From Eubacteriales bacterium (GTDB lineage Bacteria > Bacillota > Clostridia > Oscillospirales > CAG-382): a stretch of DNA of 64,000 nucleotides. The position numbers and the translations under genes are program-made. Where the stretch lies: contig JAZNUB010000045.1 of NCBI GenBank assembly GCA_045592105.1, positions 260 to 64,259 on the forward strand. The letters run 5' to 3'. Of this stretch, positions 44,337 to 54,305 are shown in pieces (position 1 is the stretch's first letter; each line of letters starts with the position of its first letter). The notes under the pieces are model-generated. The model ran no database searches, was not told the origin of the DNA, and saw only the letters and a list, made by a program, of their open reading frames with translations.

Positions 44337-44970
44337 CTTTCAAATTTTTTCTCAGTTCCATCGGCAAGCGTTCGTACTTGCTGTAGTATTTGGAAATTAT
44401 AATCAAGCAGATTATAAATTGCCAGATGCGTAGTGAAAACCCTATTTCCACCGCGATATCAGTTTTATCCGCGTAAAAATCGGGCGTGAACTCGGTATAA
44501 ACACAGTCCGCCTTGCGGGAACGCTTTTTTATAGACTGCGCGAACTCGTGCAAAGAACAAACCACGCCCGAAAGCGAGCCGTAAAGAACGGCTGTTTTTG
44601 CGGGGTCGGTAGTACCCAGATTGATCTTTAGCATATATTTTTCAAGCTTTGCGTATTTTCTAAACCGCTTCCAAAAGCTAATAACCCCATCGCGCAGGAT
44701 AATAAGCGTTTCCTTTAAAATAACGGTTTTACTAACCTTTTTAAGCTTTTTCTTTCGTACCGCGCTTTTAACCTTTTGCTTCTCGGTGAAATCCTCTATA
44801 AGGATATCCGCCTCCTCGGTACCAACAAGATCCTCCTCGAACCTGAAGCCGAGAACGCTGTATTCAAGCTGAAGCACGCTTCCGTAATACAGAAAATAAA
44901 TCTTTATGCGAAGCATAAGGATAATAAGCAAAAGCAAAACAATGCCGCCGATGATATAAAGCGCAATCAT
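44305..44970 (-). CDS. DUF2953 (YtfI-like) membrane protein
   Basis: 221 aa with an N-terminal TM helix, located directly upstream of ytfJ as ytfI is in Bacillus. The family call comes from context and architecture. Confidence 0.65.
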   Translation of the reverse strand: MIALYIIGGIVLLLLIILMLRIKIYFLYYGSVLQLEYSVLGFRFEEDLVGTEEADILIEDFTEKQKVKSAVRKKKLKKVSKTVILKETLIILRDGVISFWKRFRKYAKLEKYMLKINLGTTDPAKTAVLYGSLSGVVCSLHEFAQSIKKRSRKADCVYTEFTPDFYADKTDIAVEIGFSLRIWQFIICLIIISKYYSKYERLPMELRKNLKGDTEDERILS

Positions 44971-45542
44971 TCTTCTGCCACCGCCTGCTCGCTATGCTCT
45001 GCGGCGTTTGCATCCTCAGGCATAGTCATCTGCTCGGGGTTAGGCAGCTCTGTTTCGGGCAGGTCGGAAAGCGAGGCAAGCCCAAAGCAACGCAAAAACG
45101 CATCCGTGGTGCCAAACAGCGTTGGCCTGCCCGGTGCATCAAGCTGGCCGCGCTCGCACACAAGCCCCTTGTCCACAAGCCCTGCAACGATATAAGAGGA
45201 GTCTATCCCCCTAACCTGCTCTATAAAGCTTCTGGTTACGGGCTGGTTATATGCCACTATCGCAAGCACCTCTAAGGTAGCCTTGGATAAGGGTGGCGCT
45301 TTTTTAAGCTCCAACGCTTTTTTAACCAAATCCCCTGCTTCGGGCTTGGTGCAAAGCTGGAACCCATCTTCTATTTGTATAAGCTGTATGCCGCTTTCCT
45401 CTGCGGAAAGCTTTTGCTCCAGCGCTTCGGCGGCGGCGCGTATAGCCTCCTCCGTTTCGCCCGTAAGCTCCTTTATCCTTTCAACCGTCATCGGTGCGCC
45501 AACGGCAAAAAGCATAGCCTCTATTGTTGATTGTAAGGTCAC
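44967..45542 (-). CDS. scpB: Segregation and condensation protein B
   Basis: 191 aa with ScpB winged-helix motifs (IEAMLFA ... LEVLAIVAYNQPVTR ... RPTLFGTT). Confidence 0.93.
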   Translation of the reverse strand: MTLQSTIEAMLFAVGAPMTVERIKELTGETEEAIRAAAEALEQKLSAEESGIQLIQIEDGFQLCTKPEAGDLVKKALELKKAPPLSKATLEVLAIVAYNQPVTRSFIEQVRGIDSSYIVAGLVDKGLVCERGQLDAPGRPTLFGTTDAFLRCFGLASLSDLPETELPNPEQMTMPEDANAAEHSEQAVAEE

Positions 45543-46270
45543 CTTGAACCCCCCGTATGTGTTTTGGAAAGCATAAGGAACAAATCGCCCCCACGCTTCT
45601 TAACGTCTATTCTGCCCGCCTTAACAAGCTCAAGCAGTGCAAGGAAAATAGCAATTATCTCGTTACGGCTGTGGCATTGCTCGAAAAGCTGTGTAAACTC
45701 CGCCTGCTCATCCTCGCGCTCCTTGCGGAACATAAAGCGGATAATAAACACGATTTTTTCGTTCACCGTGTAGTACCGTTCCTTCTCAAGCTTTTCAAAC
45801 AGCTCCACGTTCTCAAGCGGCTTTGCGTTTTTGCGTATGCGTATGCGCTCAAACGCTTCGGTAAGCAGTGCAACCGCGTGCTCACGCGTGTAAACACCGT
45901 CCCCCTCGTCGGGCTGTTTGGTAAAACGGTCGTAATAGGTTTCACTTTGCAGCTTCAAGAAAGCCGCAAGCTCTTTTGCGCGGCGATACTCCAAAAGTGT
46001 ATCCACAAGCTCTTTTCTTGGGTCTTCCTCCTCCGCCTTTACGGGCAGAAGCATTTTGGATTTAATAAGCATAAGCTCCGCCGCCATGCGTATAAAATCG
46101 CTTGTTATCTCCATATTAAGCGCACGCATACCGTCAATATACTCCATATACTGGTCTGCAATCTCGGCTATGGGGATATCAAATATATCAATTTTGTTCT
46201 TCGTTATCAGCGCCAGCAACAGGTCAAGCGGGCCTTCGTAATGCTGTACCTTTAAATTTAAAGCCTCCAT
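45539..46270 (-). CDS. scpA: Segregation and condensation protein A
   Basis: The start was trimmed to MEALNLKVQHYEGPLDLLL (ATG 46270), a typical ScpA N-terminus. It overlaps scpB by 4 nt. Confidence 0.92.
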   Translation of the reverse strand: MEALNLKVQHYEGPLDLLLALITKNKIDIFDIPIAEIADQYMEYIDGMRALNMEITSDFIRMAAELMLIKSKMLLPVKAEEEDPRKELVDTLLEYRRAKELAAFLKLQSETYYDRFTKQPDEGDGVYTREHAVALLTEAFERIRIRKNAKPLENVELFEKLEKERYYTVNEKIVFIIRFMFRKEREDEQAEFTQLFEQCHSRNEIIAIFLALLELVKAGRIDVKKRGGDLFLMLSKTHTGGSR

Positions 46271-46271
46271 A

Positions 46272-46991
46272 TTACAAAGCCCACGAAGCCAAAGCCAACG
46301 ATAGCTTTGCAAGCAAAGCGTATAGCATATCCACGGACCAGTTGATGGGGAAGAACACAAGGCTTGTTAACGAAGGCGCAAACCAAGACGCCGCAACAAC
46401 GCCAAGCATTATATAGCGCGTGTACTGCCCAACCTTTGCGTATTTAGCCGCAAGGTGGTTGGGAAGCAAGCACATTAGTATATTAGCACCGTCAAGCGGG
46501 GGGAGGGGGATAAGGTTAAATATCCCCAAGCCCAGATTTAGCAGGATGCCAAGCTGTATAAGCGTAAATAGAACGTACACCACCGTATCAGCAGAGGAGG
46601 GTACTTCTATAAGGTTTACAACAATGATTATACCTGCATACAGCAGGGCAAACAACACCGCCAACAAAAAGTTGGTAAGCGGCCCTGCAAGCGCAACAAG
46701 CGCCATATCTCTGCGCGGCTTCTTTAGATATCGCATATTAACGGGCACGGGCTTTGCCCAGCCGTAGCCCATAACAAGCATACACAGCGCACCAACAGGG
46801 TCTAAATGCTTTATGGGGTTAAGCGTAAGCCTGCCAAACGCTTTGGCAGTACCGTCCCCACACTTGTAGGCAACGTAGCCGTGTGCAAGCTCGTGCGCGG
46901 ATAGCGATATAAGTATTATCGGTATCTCCAGCAAAATTATCGCAAGCGTGGTGCGAAAATCTCCGTCGGAGGTTAGCAAGGTTCTAAGCAT
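46272..46991 (-). CDS. Site-2 protease family (peptidase M50) membrane metalloprotease
   Basis: 239 aa, multi-pass, with the HELAH zinc motif (HELAHGYVA) and a PLPPLDG motif. Confidence 0.88.
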   Translation of the reverse strand: MLRTLLTSDGDFRTTLAIILLEIPIILISLSAHELAHGYVAYKCGDGTAKAFGRLTLNPIKHLDPVGALCMLVMGYGWAKPVPVNMRYLKKPRRDMALVALAGPLTNFLLAVLFALLYAGIIIVVNLIEVPSSADTVVYVLFTLIQLGILLNLGLGIFNLIPLPPLDGANILMCLLPNHLAAKYAKVGQYTRYIMLGVVAASWFAPSLTSLVFFPINWSVDMLYALLAKLSLALASWAL

Positions 46992-47039
46992 AGTATTAAT
47001 CCTTTCATCGTGGGGAAAGCGAAAAAACTATAAGGGTGC

Positions 47040-48668
47040 TTATTTAACGCGTATCATGCTCTTTTCCCACATAGCGGGAACGTCCTCACCCATCATTGTA
47101 AGCACGGTAGCGGCAACGTTTGCAAGCCCAAATGAGCCTTCAACCGCCTCATAGTTTTCGCCGTAAAAGCTATCGTAAATATAGCAGGGAACGGGGTTAA
47201 GCGTGTGGCTGGTCTTCGCCTTTGCACGGCCGTTTTCGCCAAGCTTTGCTTTGCCCGTTTTCTTGTCTATCTCATACATCTCGTCTGCATTACCGTGGTC
47301 TGCGGTGATAATTGCAACGCCGCCAACCTTGTCAACAGCGGAAAGTATGCGTGCCAAGCAAAGGTCCAGCGCCTCAACGCCTATAACCGTTGCTTCAAAG
47401 TTGCCCGTGTGGCCAACCATATCGCCGTTGGGGAAGTTTACGCGAAGAAAGCTGAAATCCCCATTCTCAAGCTTATCAACAAGTATATCGGTTATCTCCG
47501 CACACTTCATCCACGGGCGCTGTTCAAAGGGAACAACGTCGGAGGGAACCTCTATATATTCCTCAACGCTGCTGTCAAAATATCCGCTTCTGTTACCGTT
47601 CCAGAAATAGGTAACGTGGCCGTATTTCTGCGTTTCGCTAACTGCAAGCTGCTTTATGCCCTTCTTTGCAAGGTATTCGCCCATCGTGTTGCTTATTTCG
47701 GGCGGTGCAACAAGGTAATGAGAGGGTATGTGCTTATCCCCGTCGTATTCAAGCATACCCGCAAAGTAAACGTTGGGTACGCGCTTTCTTGCAAAGGGAA
47801 CGGACTCGTCCTCAAACGCGCGCGATATCTCAATCGCTCTGTCACCGCGGAAGTTGTAGAAAATAACGCTGTCACCATCTTCGATGGTGCCAATGGGCGC
47901 GCCGTTTTCAGCAATAACGAAAGCAGGCAGGTCTTGGTCTATCTTGCCCGTTTCGGCACGGTAGGTTTCAACAGCCTCTCTTGCAGAAGCAAAAGCGCGG
48001 CCCTCGCCAAGCACGTGCGTGTTGTAGCCTGCCTCTACCATAGCCCAGTTAGCCTCATATCTGTCCATAGTGATGGTCATTCTGCCACCGCCGGATGCGA
48101 TGCGTGCATCAAAGCCGCCATCGTTAAGCTCTGCCAAAAAGGCCTCAAACGGGTCTATGTATTCAAGCGCGCTGGTCTCACCAACGTCACGCCCGTCAAG
48201 CAAAACGTGTATTCTAACCTTCTTAACGCCCTCTTCCTTGGCGCGTACTATCATAGCCTGCAAATGGCTTATGTTAGAGTGAACGTTGCCATCGGAAAAC
48301 AAACCTATAAAGTGAAGCACGCCCGCATCCTTAACGCGTGCAACGGCGTTCTTCCAGCTATCGCCCTCAAACATCCTGCCAGTTTCGATAGCCTGCGTAA
48401 CAAGCTTTGCGCCCTGTGCAAATACCTGCCCTGCGCCAAGCGCGTTGTGGCCAACCTCGCTGTTGCCCATATCATCGTCACCGGGAAGGCCAACGGCGGT
48501 GCCGTGCGCCTTTAGTGAAAACTTTTTGCATTTAGCCGCAAGCATATCCAAGGTAGGTGTGCGTGCCGCCGCGATAGCGTTACCCTCAACTCTTTCGGTT
48601 TCACCGATACCGTCCATAACTATTACAAGAACGGGCTTCTTTTCGCCCCCAAAAATACCTTTTTTCAT
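47040..48668 (-). CDS. gpmI: 2,3-bisphosphoglycerate-independent phosphoglycerate mutase
   Basis: 542 aa with the motifs DGIGE, NSEVGH and TADHGNA. Confidence 0.94.
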   Translation of the reverse strand: MKKGIFGGEKKPVLVIVMDGIGETERVEGNAIAAARTPTLDMLAAKCKKFSLKAHGTAVGLPGDDDMGNSEVGHNALGAGQVFAQGAKLVTQAIETGRMFEGDSWKNAVARVKDAGVLHFIGLFSDGNVHSNISHLQAMIVRAKEEGVKKVRIHVLLDGRDVGETSALEYIDPFEAFLAELNDGGFDARIASGGGRMTITMDRYEANWAMVEAGYNTHVLGEGRAFASAREAVETYRAETGKIDQDLPAFVIAENGAPIGTIEDGDSVIFYNFRGDRAIEISRAFEDESVPFARKRVPNVYFAGMLEYDGDKHIPSHYLVAPPEISNTMGEYLAKKGIKQLAVSETQKYGHVTYFWNGNRSGYFDSSVEEYIEVPSDVVPFEQRPWMKCAEITDILVDKLENGDFSFLRVNFPNGDMVGHTGNFEATVIGVEALDLCLARILSAVDKVGGVAIITADHGNADEMYEIDKKTGKAKLGENGRAKAKTSHTLNPVPCYIYDSFYGENYEAVEGSFGLANVAATVLTMMGEDVPAMWEKSMIRVK

Positions 48669-48712
48669 AAGCTCTTTAAAATTACTCCTTTTAAAATCTG
48701 TGTATTCAGCAT

Positions 48713-48741
48713 ATTATACTATATTTTTGTACTATTTGCAA
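48713..48741 (-). promoter_or_regulatory. SigA-type promoter of gpmI
   Basis: The minus strand reads TTGCAA, a 17-nt spacer, then TATAAT. Confidence 0.6.
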
Positions 48742-48774
48742 GGGTTTTAAACACAAACTTTGCCCCTTTTTGCC

Positions 48775-48803
48775 TTGACAATAAAGTGGTTTGCTGTTAT
48801 ACT
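48775..48803 (+). promoter_or_regulatory. SigA-type promoter of the nusB-xseAB-ispA-dxs... operon
   Basis: TTGACA, a 17-nt spacer, then TATACT. A CCGCCGT-AAA-ACGGCGG hairpin lies in the 5' UTR. Confidence 0.65.
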
Positions 48804-48862
48804 TTATTTGGTATATTGTGTAATAGCTATGCCGCCGTAAAACGGCGGAGAATGAGGTATAT

Positions 48863-49264
48863 ATGACGAGAAAAGAAGCAAGGGAAGCGGCGTTTCTACT
48901 GCTGTTTGAGCAGGATTTCGGCGCAAACCCCGCAGATGAAACCATAGCGCTTGCCGCTACTGAAAGGGAGCTTAAAATAAGCGGCTTCGGAAAGGGCTTG
49001 TTTTTTGGCACCTGTGAGCATTTGGAGGAAATAAACGCCAAGCTTGAAACGGCGCTTCACAATTGGAGGAGTGAGCGTGTAAGCAAGGTTGCGCTATCGG
49101 CAATGCGCCTTTGCGTGTACGAGCTTTGCTATACTGATATCGAAAGCGAGATAGCCATAAACGAGGCGTTGGAGCTTATAAAGAAGTTTGATGGGGAGGA
49201 AAGTGCTTCCTTTGCAAACGGCGTTCTCGGCGGCGTTTACAAAGCCGTTAAGGGTGTATCTTAA
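48863..49264 (+). CDS. nusB: Transcription antitermination factor NusB
   Basis: 133 aa with N-terminus TRKEAREAAFLLLFE. Confidence 0.93.
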   Translation: MTRKEAREAAFLLLFEQDFGANPADETIALAATERELKISGFGKGLFFGTCEHLEEINAKLETALHNWRSERVSKVALSAMRLCVYELCYTDIESEIAINEALELIKKFDGEESASFANGVLGGVYKAVKGVS

Positions 49265-50544
49265 TGGAAAGCGTTTATACCGTAACGGAGCTTACGGGCT
49301 TTATTAAAAGCTATATAGAGGCATCTCCGCAGTTAAGGGCGGTTAGCGTTAAGGGCGAGCTTTCGAACGTTTCCGCACCGTCGGGCAAGGGGCATATATT
49401 CTTTACGCTAAAGGACGATGCGGCGGTTCTTCGTGCCGTTATGTTCAAAAGCCGCGCGGAGAAGCTAAGCTTTAAGCCCGAAAACGGTATGAAGGTGCAG
49501 TGCAGCGGGCGCATTTCGGTGTACCCCGCGGGCGGGCAGTATCTTTTGTATGCCGATGCCATCAGCGTGGACGGAGAGGGCAGCCTTTTCGTTGCCTTGG
49601 AGCAGTTAAAGAAAAAGCTGGCGGCAGAGGGGCTTTTTGATACCGCAAGGAAAAAGCACCTGCCCAAGATACCTATGCACGTTGGCGTTATAACAAGCGC
49701 AACGGGCGCGGCTGTGCAGGACATTATTAACGTAGCGGCGCGCCGTTTCCCTGCGGCGGAGATAGTTTTGTACCCATCGCTTGTGCAGGGCGCAGGTGCG
49801 GGTAGCATGCTTGCATCGGGCATCAGATATTTTAACGAAAAGCATCCTGTGGATGTAATTATAATCGGCAGAGGCGGCGGCTCGATAGAGGAGCTGTGGG
49901 AGTTCAACGATGAACAGCTTGTGCGCGCAATAGCCGCGTGCAGGATACCCGTTGTATCAGCCGTTGGGCACGAAACGGATTTTACGCTTTGCGATTTTGC
50001 GGCGGATCTGCGTGCGCCAACGCCATCGGCGGCGGCGGAGATAGTATTCCCCGACGTGGCGGATATACTGCGCCGTTTTGAAAACGCCGCAAACCGTATG
50101 ACGGTGCTGCTTACACAGCGCATAGCGGCAGAACGGCGCGTGCTTGCCGCATTGGCGGCATCACCTGCGCTAAGGTCGCCCACGGCGGGCTTTGACGATA
50201 AGCGTATGCGCCTTGCGGATTTGGAGGCAAGGATGCAAAACGCGGTAGGTGCGCGTGTTAATATAGGCGCGCAGGGGTTAAGCACGCTTGCCACGCGGCT
50301 AAACGGCGCCATCGAAGCAAGGCTGCGTTATACGCGGCTTGGCGTGGAATCGGCAAAGGAAAGGCTGTATCTTTTGGACCCCTTATCCGTGCTTAAGCGT
50401 GGGTATGCGGCTGTGTTTAGCGAGGACGGCGTGCCGATAACGGGTGTAAACGCGCTTGACACCGATAAGCCGTTTACGTTGCGTATGTCTGACGGTACGG
50501 TTAAAGCAAGACCTGAGGAGGTTTTTTATGGAGAAAACGTTTGA
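49264..50544 (+). CDS. xseA: Exodeoxyribonuclease VII large subunit
   Basis: 426 aa with an OB-fold N-terminus (VKGELSN) and the motif IIGRGGGSIEELW. Confidence 0.94.
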   Translation: MESVYTVTELTGFIKSYIEASPQLRAVSVKGELSNVSAPSGKGHIFFTLKDDAAVLRAVMFKSRAEKLSFKPENGMKVQCSGRISVYPAGGQYLLYADAISVDGEGSLFVALEQLKKKLAAEGLFDTARKKHLPKIPMHVGVITSATGAAVQDIINVAARRFPAAEIVLYPSLVQGAGAGSMLASGIRYFNEKHPVDVIIIGRGGGSIEELWEFNDEQLVRAIAACRIPVVSAVGHETDFTLCDFAADLRAPTPSAAAEIVFPDVADILRRFENAANRMTVLLTQRIAAERRVLAALAASPALRSPTAGFDDKRMRLADLEARMQNAVGARVNIGAQGLSTLATRLNGAIEARLRYTRLGVESAKERLYLLDPLSVLKRGYAAVFSEDGVPITGVNALDTDKPFTLRMSDGTVKARPEEVFYGENV

Positions 50545-50719
50545 AAGTGCGCTTGCAAGGCTTGAGGCTGTTGTAAGAGAGATAGAAAGCGGCAAAGCAC
50601 CGCTTGACAAAACGCTTGAGCTGTTTGAGGAAGGGAAGGCGCTTGTGGATTACTGCGAGAAGGCGCTAAGCAATGCAGAGCAAAGGGTTATCAAGGTAAA
50701 CAGCGAACAGCAACAATAA
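50528..50719 (+). CDS. xseB: Exodeoxyribonuclease VII small subunit
   Basis: The start was trimmed to MEKTFESALARLE (ATG 50528), giving 63 aa, typical of XseB. Confidence 0.9.
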   Translation: MEKTFESALARLEAVVREIESGKAPLDKTLELFEEGKALVDYCEKALSNAEQRVIKVNSEQQQ

Positions 50720-50745
50720 TACTTTTTTGAAGGAAGGCGTTTATT

Positions 50746-51663
50746 ATGCCGCAAACGGCAAAGGAACATAACGTTATTATAGAAGAGCTTAACAAGGTTG
50801 CGCTTCTTTTAGAGGAGGAGATGCACCGTATACTTGACAGGCGTGACGTTGACCGTGCGGGCTACGAGAGGCTAAAAGAGGCTATGGAATACTCGGTGTT
50901 TGCAGGCGGCAAACGCGTTCGCCCCTATTTGTGTGTGGAGTTCTGCCGCGCCTTCGGTGGTGACGAAAAGCAGGCGTTGCCCTATGCCGCCGCCGTGGAG
51001 TTTATGCATACGGCTTCTCTTATACACGACGATTTGCCTGCAATGGATAACGACGATTTTAGGCGCGGAAAGCCCTCTAACCACAAGCAGTTTGGTGAGT
51101 ACACCGCAATTCTTGCGGGCGATGCGCTTATTATAGAAAGCTTTTCCGCGATCAGCGGAAACCGCTATTGCACGGCGGCACAAAACGCGCTGGCAACCGC
51201 GGTGCTTGCCGAATGTGCGGGTATGGACGGTATGTGCGGCGGGCAGGAGCTGGATTTGTATTGCGAGGGGCAAACGGTTAGCGTTTGGACTGTGGAGAAA
51301 ACGCATCTTTTAAAGACTGCGGCAATGATGAAGGCATCGGCAAAGCTTGGCTGTATAGCCGCAGGCGCAAGCGAAAGCGAGATAGCGCAAGCGGGCAAGT
51401 TTGCAGAGGAGATAGGGCTTGCCTTTCAGATAATAGACGATATACTTGATGCAACGGGTGAAACGGATGCGCTTGGTAAAACCGTTGGCAAGGATGCGGC
51501 AAGCGGCAAAAATACATACGTAACACGTGCGGGCTTGGATTCTGCGCGGCTTACGGCGGAGGCGCTTACGGGCAGTGCAATAAGCAGGGCAGAGCGCATC
51601 AACAACAAAAGCGGCTATATGCTGTGCCGGCTTTGCAAATATCTGCTTTGCCGCGAGTATTAA
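50746..51663 (+). CDS. ispA: Polyprenyl (farnesyl/geranylgeranyl) diphosphate synthase
   Basis: It carries the first and second Asp-rich motifs, LIHDDLPAMDNDDFRRG and IIDDILD. Confidence 0.92.
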   Translation: MPQTAKEHNVIIEELNKVALLLEEEMHRILDRRDVDRAGYERLKEAMEYSVFAGGKRVRPYLCVEFCRAFGGDEKQALPYAAAVEFMHTASLIHDDLPAMDNDDFRRGKPSNHKQFGEYTAILAGDALIIESFSAISGNRYCTAAQNALATAVLAECAGMDGMCGGQELDLYCEGQTVSVWTVEKTHLLKTAAMMKASAKLGCIAAGASESEIAQAGKFAEEIGLAFQIIDDILDATGETDALGKTVGKDAASGKNTYVTRAGLDSARLTAEALTGSAISRAERINNKSGYMLCRLCKYLLCREY

Positions 51664-51711
51664 AGGAAGTAGAGAAAAGGCCTTTACAGGCTTTGGAAAG
51701 ACGTTTTTATT

Positions 51712-53559
51712 ATGCTTGAAAATATAAAATCACCTGCCGACCTAAAAAGCCTATCGGTAAAGGAATTGAATATTTTATCTGCGGAGATAAGGGAAAAGCT
51801 GTTGGAGGTTGTACCTAAAAACGGCGGGCATCTTGCATCTAATCTCGGCGCGGTGGAGCTAACAGTTGCGCTTCATTCCGTGTTTAATTCCCCTAACGAT
51901 AGGATTATTTGGGACGTGGGGCATCAAGCGTATGTTCACAAGATGCTTACGGGCAGAAACGGCAGGATAGATACCATCCGAACTTACGGCGGTCTTTCGG
52001 GCTTCCCGAAGCGCGAGGAAAGCGAGCATGACAGCTTTGGTGCAGGGCACGCAAGCACCTCTGTGTCTGCGGCGGTGGGGCTTGCCACGGCGGATGCGCT
52101 GGCGGGTAAAACCAATTATACCGTAGCCGTTGCGGGAGACGGAGCCTTTACGGGCGGTATGATATACGAGGCGCTTAACAATATAGCCGAGCAGAAGCTT
52201 AGGCTTATAGTTGTGCTTAACGATAACGATATGGCAATAGACCATAATATCGGCGGTATAAACCGCTATATAAGCCGTTTAAGCACAAGCACGCGCTACC
52301 TTGGCTTAAAGTATCATATAAAAAAGTTTTTTGGGGCAATACCGCTTGTGGGCAGGCCGCTTACGGTTATGTGCCGCGGTATAAAGAACTTTATAAAGCG
52401 TTTGGTATGGCGCGATAATATGTTTGAAAATCTGGGGCTTAACTATTACGGCCCTGTAGACGGTTATAACATAAAAAGGATGCAGGGCGTTTTTAAGGAC
52501 GCAATGCGCGATAAAAAAAGCAGTATAATCCACGTTCGCACGGTAAAGGGCAAGGGCTATACCCCTGCGGAGCAACAGCCCGAAAAGTACCACGGCGTTC
52601 CGAAAGGCGGCGTTTTTAAGGCGGGCGGCGGCTTTTCCGAGGTGTTTGGCAATATAGTAAGCAAGCGCGCGGAGAAGGATGCGCGCCTGTGCGCGGTTAC
52701 TGCTGCAATGTGTGAGGGTACGGGGCTTGGCGGCTTTAAGCAAAGCTTCCCTAACAGGTTTTTTGACGTTGGCATAGCAGAGGAGCACGCGCTAACCTTC
52801 TGCGCGGGGCTTTCTGCTGGTGGTATGCGCCCTGTGTTTGCGGTGTACTCCACCTTTGCACAGCGTTGCTATGACCAGCTTATACACGATGCGGCGCTTC
52901 AAAAGCTTCCGCTTGTTTTGGGGCTGGACCGTGCGGGCATCGTTGGCGAGGATGGGCCTACACATCACGGGCTTTTTGACGTTGGCTTTATGCTTCAGCT
53001 TCCGGGCAGTGCCTTGTACGCGCCTGAAAGCTACGAGGATATGGAAAAAGCCTTTAGCGAGGCGTTTGAATACGATGGCGTGGCGGCTGTGCGCTATCCG
53101 CGCGGGGGCGAGCGTGAGTATGACCGCAGTATATATACCGACCTTGGCGGTATGTCCTATGCGGATTTCGGTAGCGGCAAGGACGTGGCTATAATAACCT
53201 ACGGCGTGCTTGCGTATAATTGTGTAGAAGCGGCAAGGCTGCTTGCAAAACAGGGCTTGGGCGTGCGCGTTATCCGCGTGCTTAAGCTGAAGCCCTTGGA
53301 TAAAACAAAGCTTATTTCGTTAGCGGAAGGCTATAAAACGCTTTATCTTGCAGAGGAGGGCGTTAAAAACGGCGGCTTTGCGGAGCATATTGCCGCGCTT
53401 GCGGCAGAAAGCAACGCCATGCAGGGCGCGCGCGTGGTAATCCGCGCGGTGGACGAGTGCTTTGTTGCACACGGCAATACGGAGCGCCTTTTTGAGGAAT
53501 GTGGATTTACAGCGGCACAAATGGTGGCTGAGATAACGGGTAAAAGCTATGGAGCTTAA
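51712..53559 (+). CDS. dxs: 1-deoxy-D-xylulose-5-phosphate synthase
   Basis: 615 aa with the motif GHASTS and the TPP motif GDGAFTGG...NDN. Confidence 0.96.
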   Translation: MLENIKSPADLKSLSVKELNILSAEIREKLLEVVPKNGGHLASNLGAVELTVALHSVFNSPNDRIIWDVGHQAYVHKMLTGRNGRIDTIRTYGGLSGFPKREESEHDSFGAGHASTSVSAAVGLATADALAGKTNYTVAVAGDGAFTGGMIYEALNNIAEQKLRLIVVLNDNDMAIDHNIGGINRYISRLSTSTRYLGLKYHIKKFFGAIPLVGRPLTVMCRGIKNFIKRLVWRDNMFENLGLNYYGPVDGYNIKRMQGVFKDAMRDKKSSIIHVRTVKGKGYTPAEQQPEKYHGVPKGGVFKAGGGFSEVFGNIVSKRAEKDARLCAVTAAMCEGTGLGGFKQSFPNRFFDVGIAEEHALTFCAGLSAGGMRPVFAVYSTFAQRCYDQLIHDAALQKLPLVLGLDRAGIVGEDGPTHHGLFDVGFMLQLPGSALYAPESYEDMEKAFSEAFEYDGVAAVRYPRGGEREYDRSIYTDLGGMSYADFGSGKDVAIITYGVLAYNCVEAARLLAKQGLGVRVIRVLKLKPLDKTKLISLAEGYKTLYLAEEGVKNGGFAEHIAALAAESNAMQGARVVIRAVDECFVAHGNTERLFEECGFTAAQMVAEITGKSYGA

Positions 53560-54289
53560 AAGGGCAGACGTTGTGCTGTGCACATCGGGCTTGGCTGAAA
53601 GCCGCACAAAGGCGCACGCGCTTATAAAAGAGGGCGTTGCGTTTGCGGACGGTAAGCTTATAGAAAAGCCTTCACAACTAATAGATACAAGCGCAAAGCT
53701 AACGCTTGCTTTGGATACCCCCGTGGACGTATCCCGCGCGGGGCAAAAGCTACGCGCCGCGCTGGAGACGTTTGGCACAGATGTTAGCGGCAAGATTTTT
53801 GCAGATATCGGCGCATCAACGGGCGGCTTTACGCAGTGCCTTTTGGATAACGGCGCTTTGCACGTGTTTGCGATAGACGTTGGGCGCGACCAGCTTCACA
53901 AAAGCCTTAGGGAAGACAGCCGCGTTACCGTAATGGAGGGTGTGAACGCACGCACGCTTACAAGAGAGGCGCTTGGCAAGGATATAGATGGTGCGGTGAT
54001 GGACGTTTCTTTTATATCGCAAACGCTTATATATCCCGCATTGGCGGGGCTTCTTAAAACGGGCGCACCGCTTATAACGCTTGTTAAGCCGCAGTTTGAG
54101 GTTGGGCGTGAAAATATAGGCAAAAACGGCATAGTAAAGGACAAAAAGGGTACCTTGCAACAGCTTGTTATGCTTAAAATACGGCTTGCGGCAGAGGAAA
54201 ACGGCTTTGAGCTTTTAAAAACGATAACCTCACCTATAAAGGGCAGTAAGGGTAATACGGAATATCTGGCGCTTTTAAAAAAGCAGTAA
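53549..54289 (+). CDS. tlyA: TlyA family rRNA 2'-O-methyltransferase
   Basis: An S4-like N-terminus is followed by an FtsJ-type SAM motif (DIGASTGGFTQ). Confidence 0.9.
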   Translation: MELKRADVVLCTSGLAESRTKAHALIKEGVAFADGKLIEKPSQLIDTSAKLTLALDTPVDVSRAGQKLRAALETFGTDVSGKIFADIGASTGGFTQCLLDNGALHVFAIDVGRDQLHKSLREDSRVTVMEGVNARTLTREALGKDIDGAVMDVSFISQTLIYPALAGLLKTGAPLITLVKPQFEVGRENIGKNGIVKDKKGTLQQLVMLKIRLAAEENGFELLKTITSPIKGSKGNTEYLALLKKQ

Positions 54290-54305
54290 ATTAGGGGTTG
54301 ATATA

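Noticed and set aside
48804-48862. The hairpin CCGCCGT-AAA-ACGGCGG in the nusB 5' UTR as a terminator or riboswitch.
   Set aside because: The stem is only 7 bp with no T-run, and it sits immediately before the RBS. It is more likely a simple UTR stem-loop, and there is no evidence for a regulatory class.
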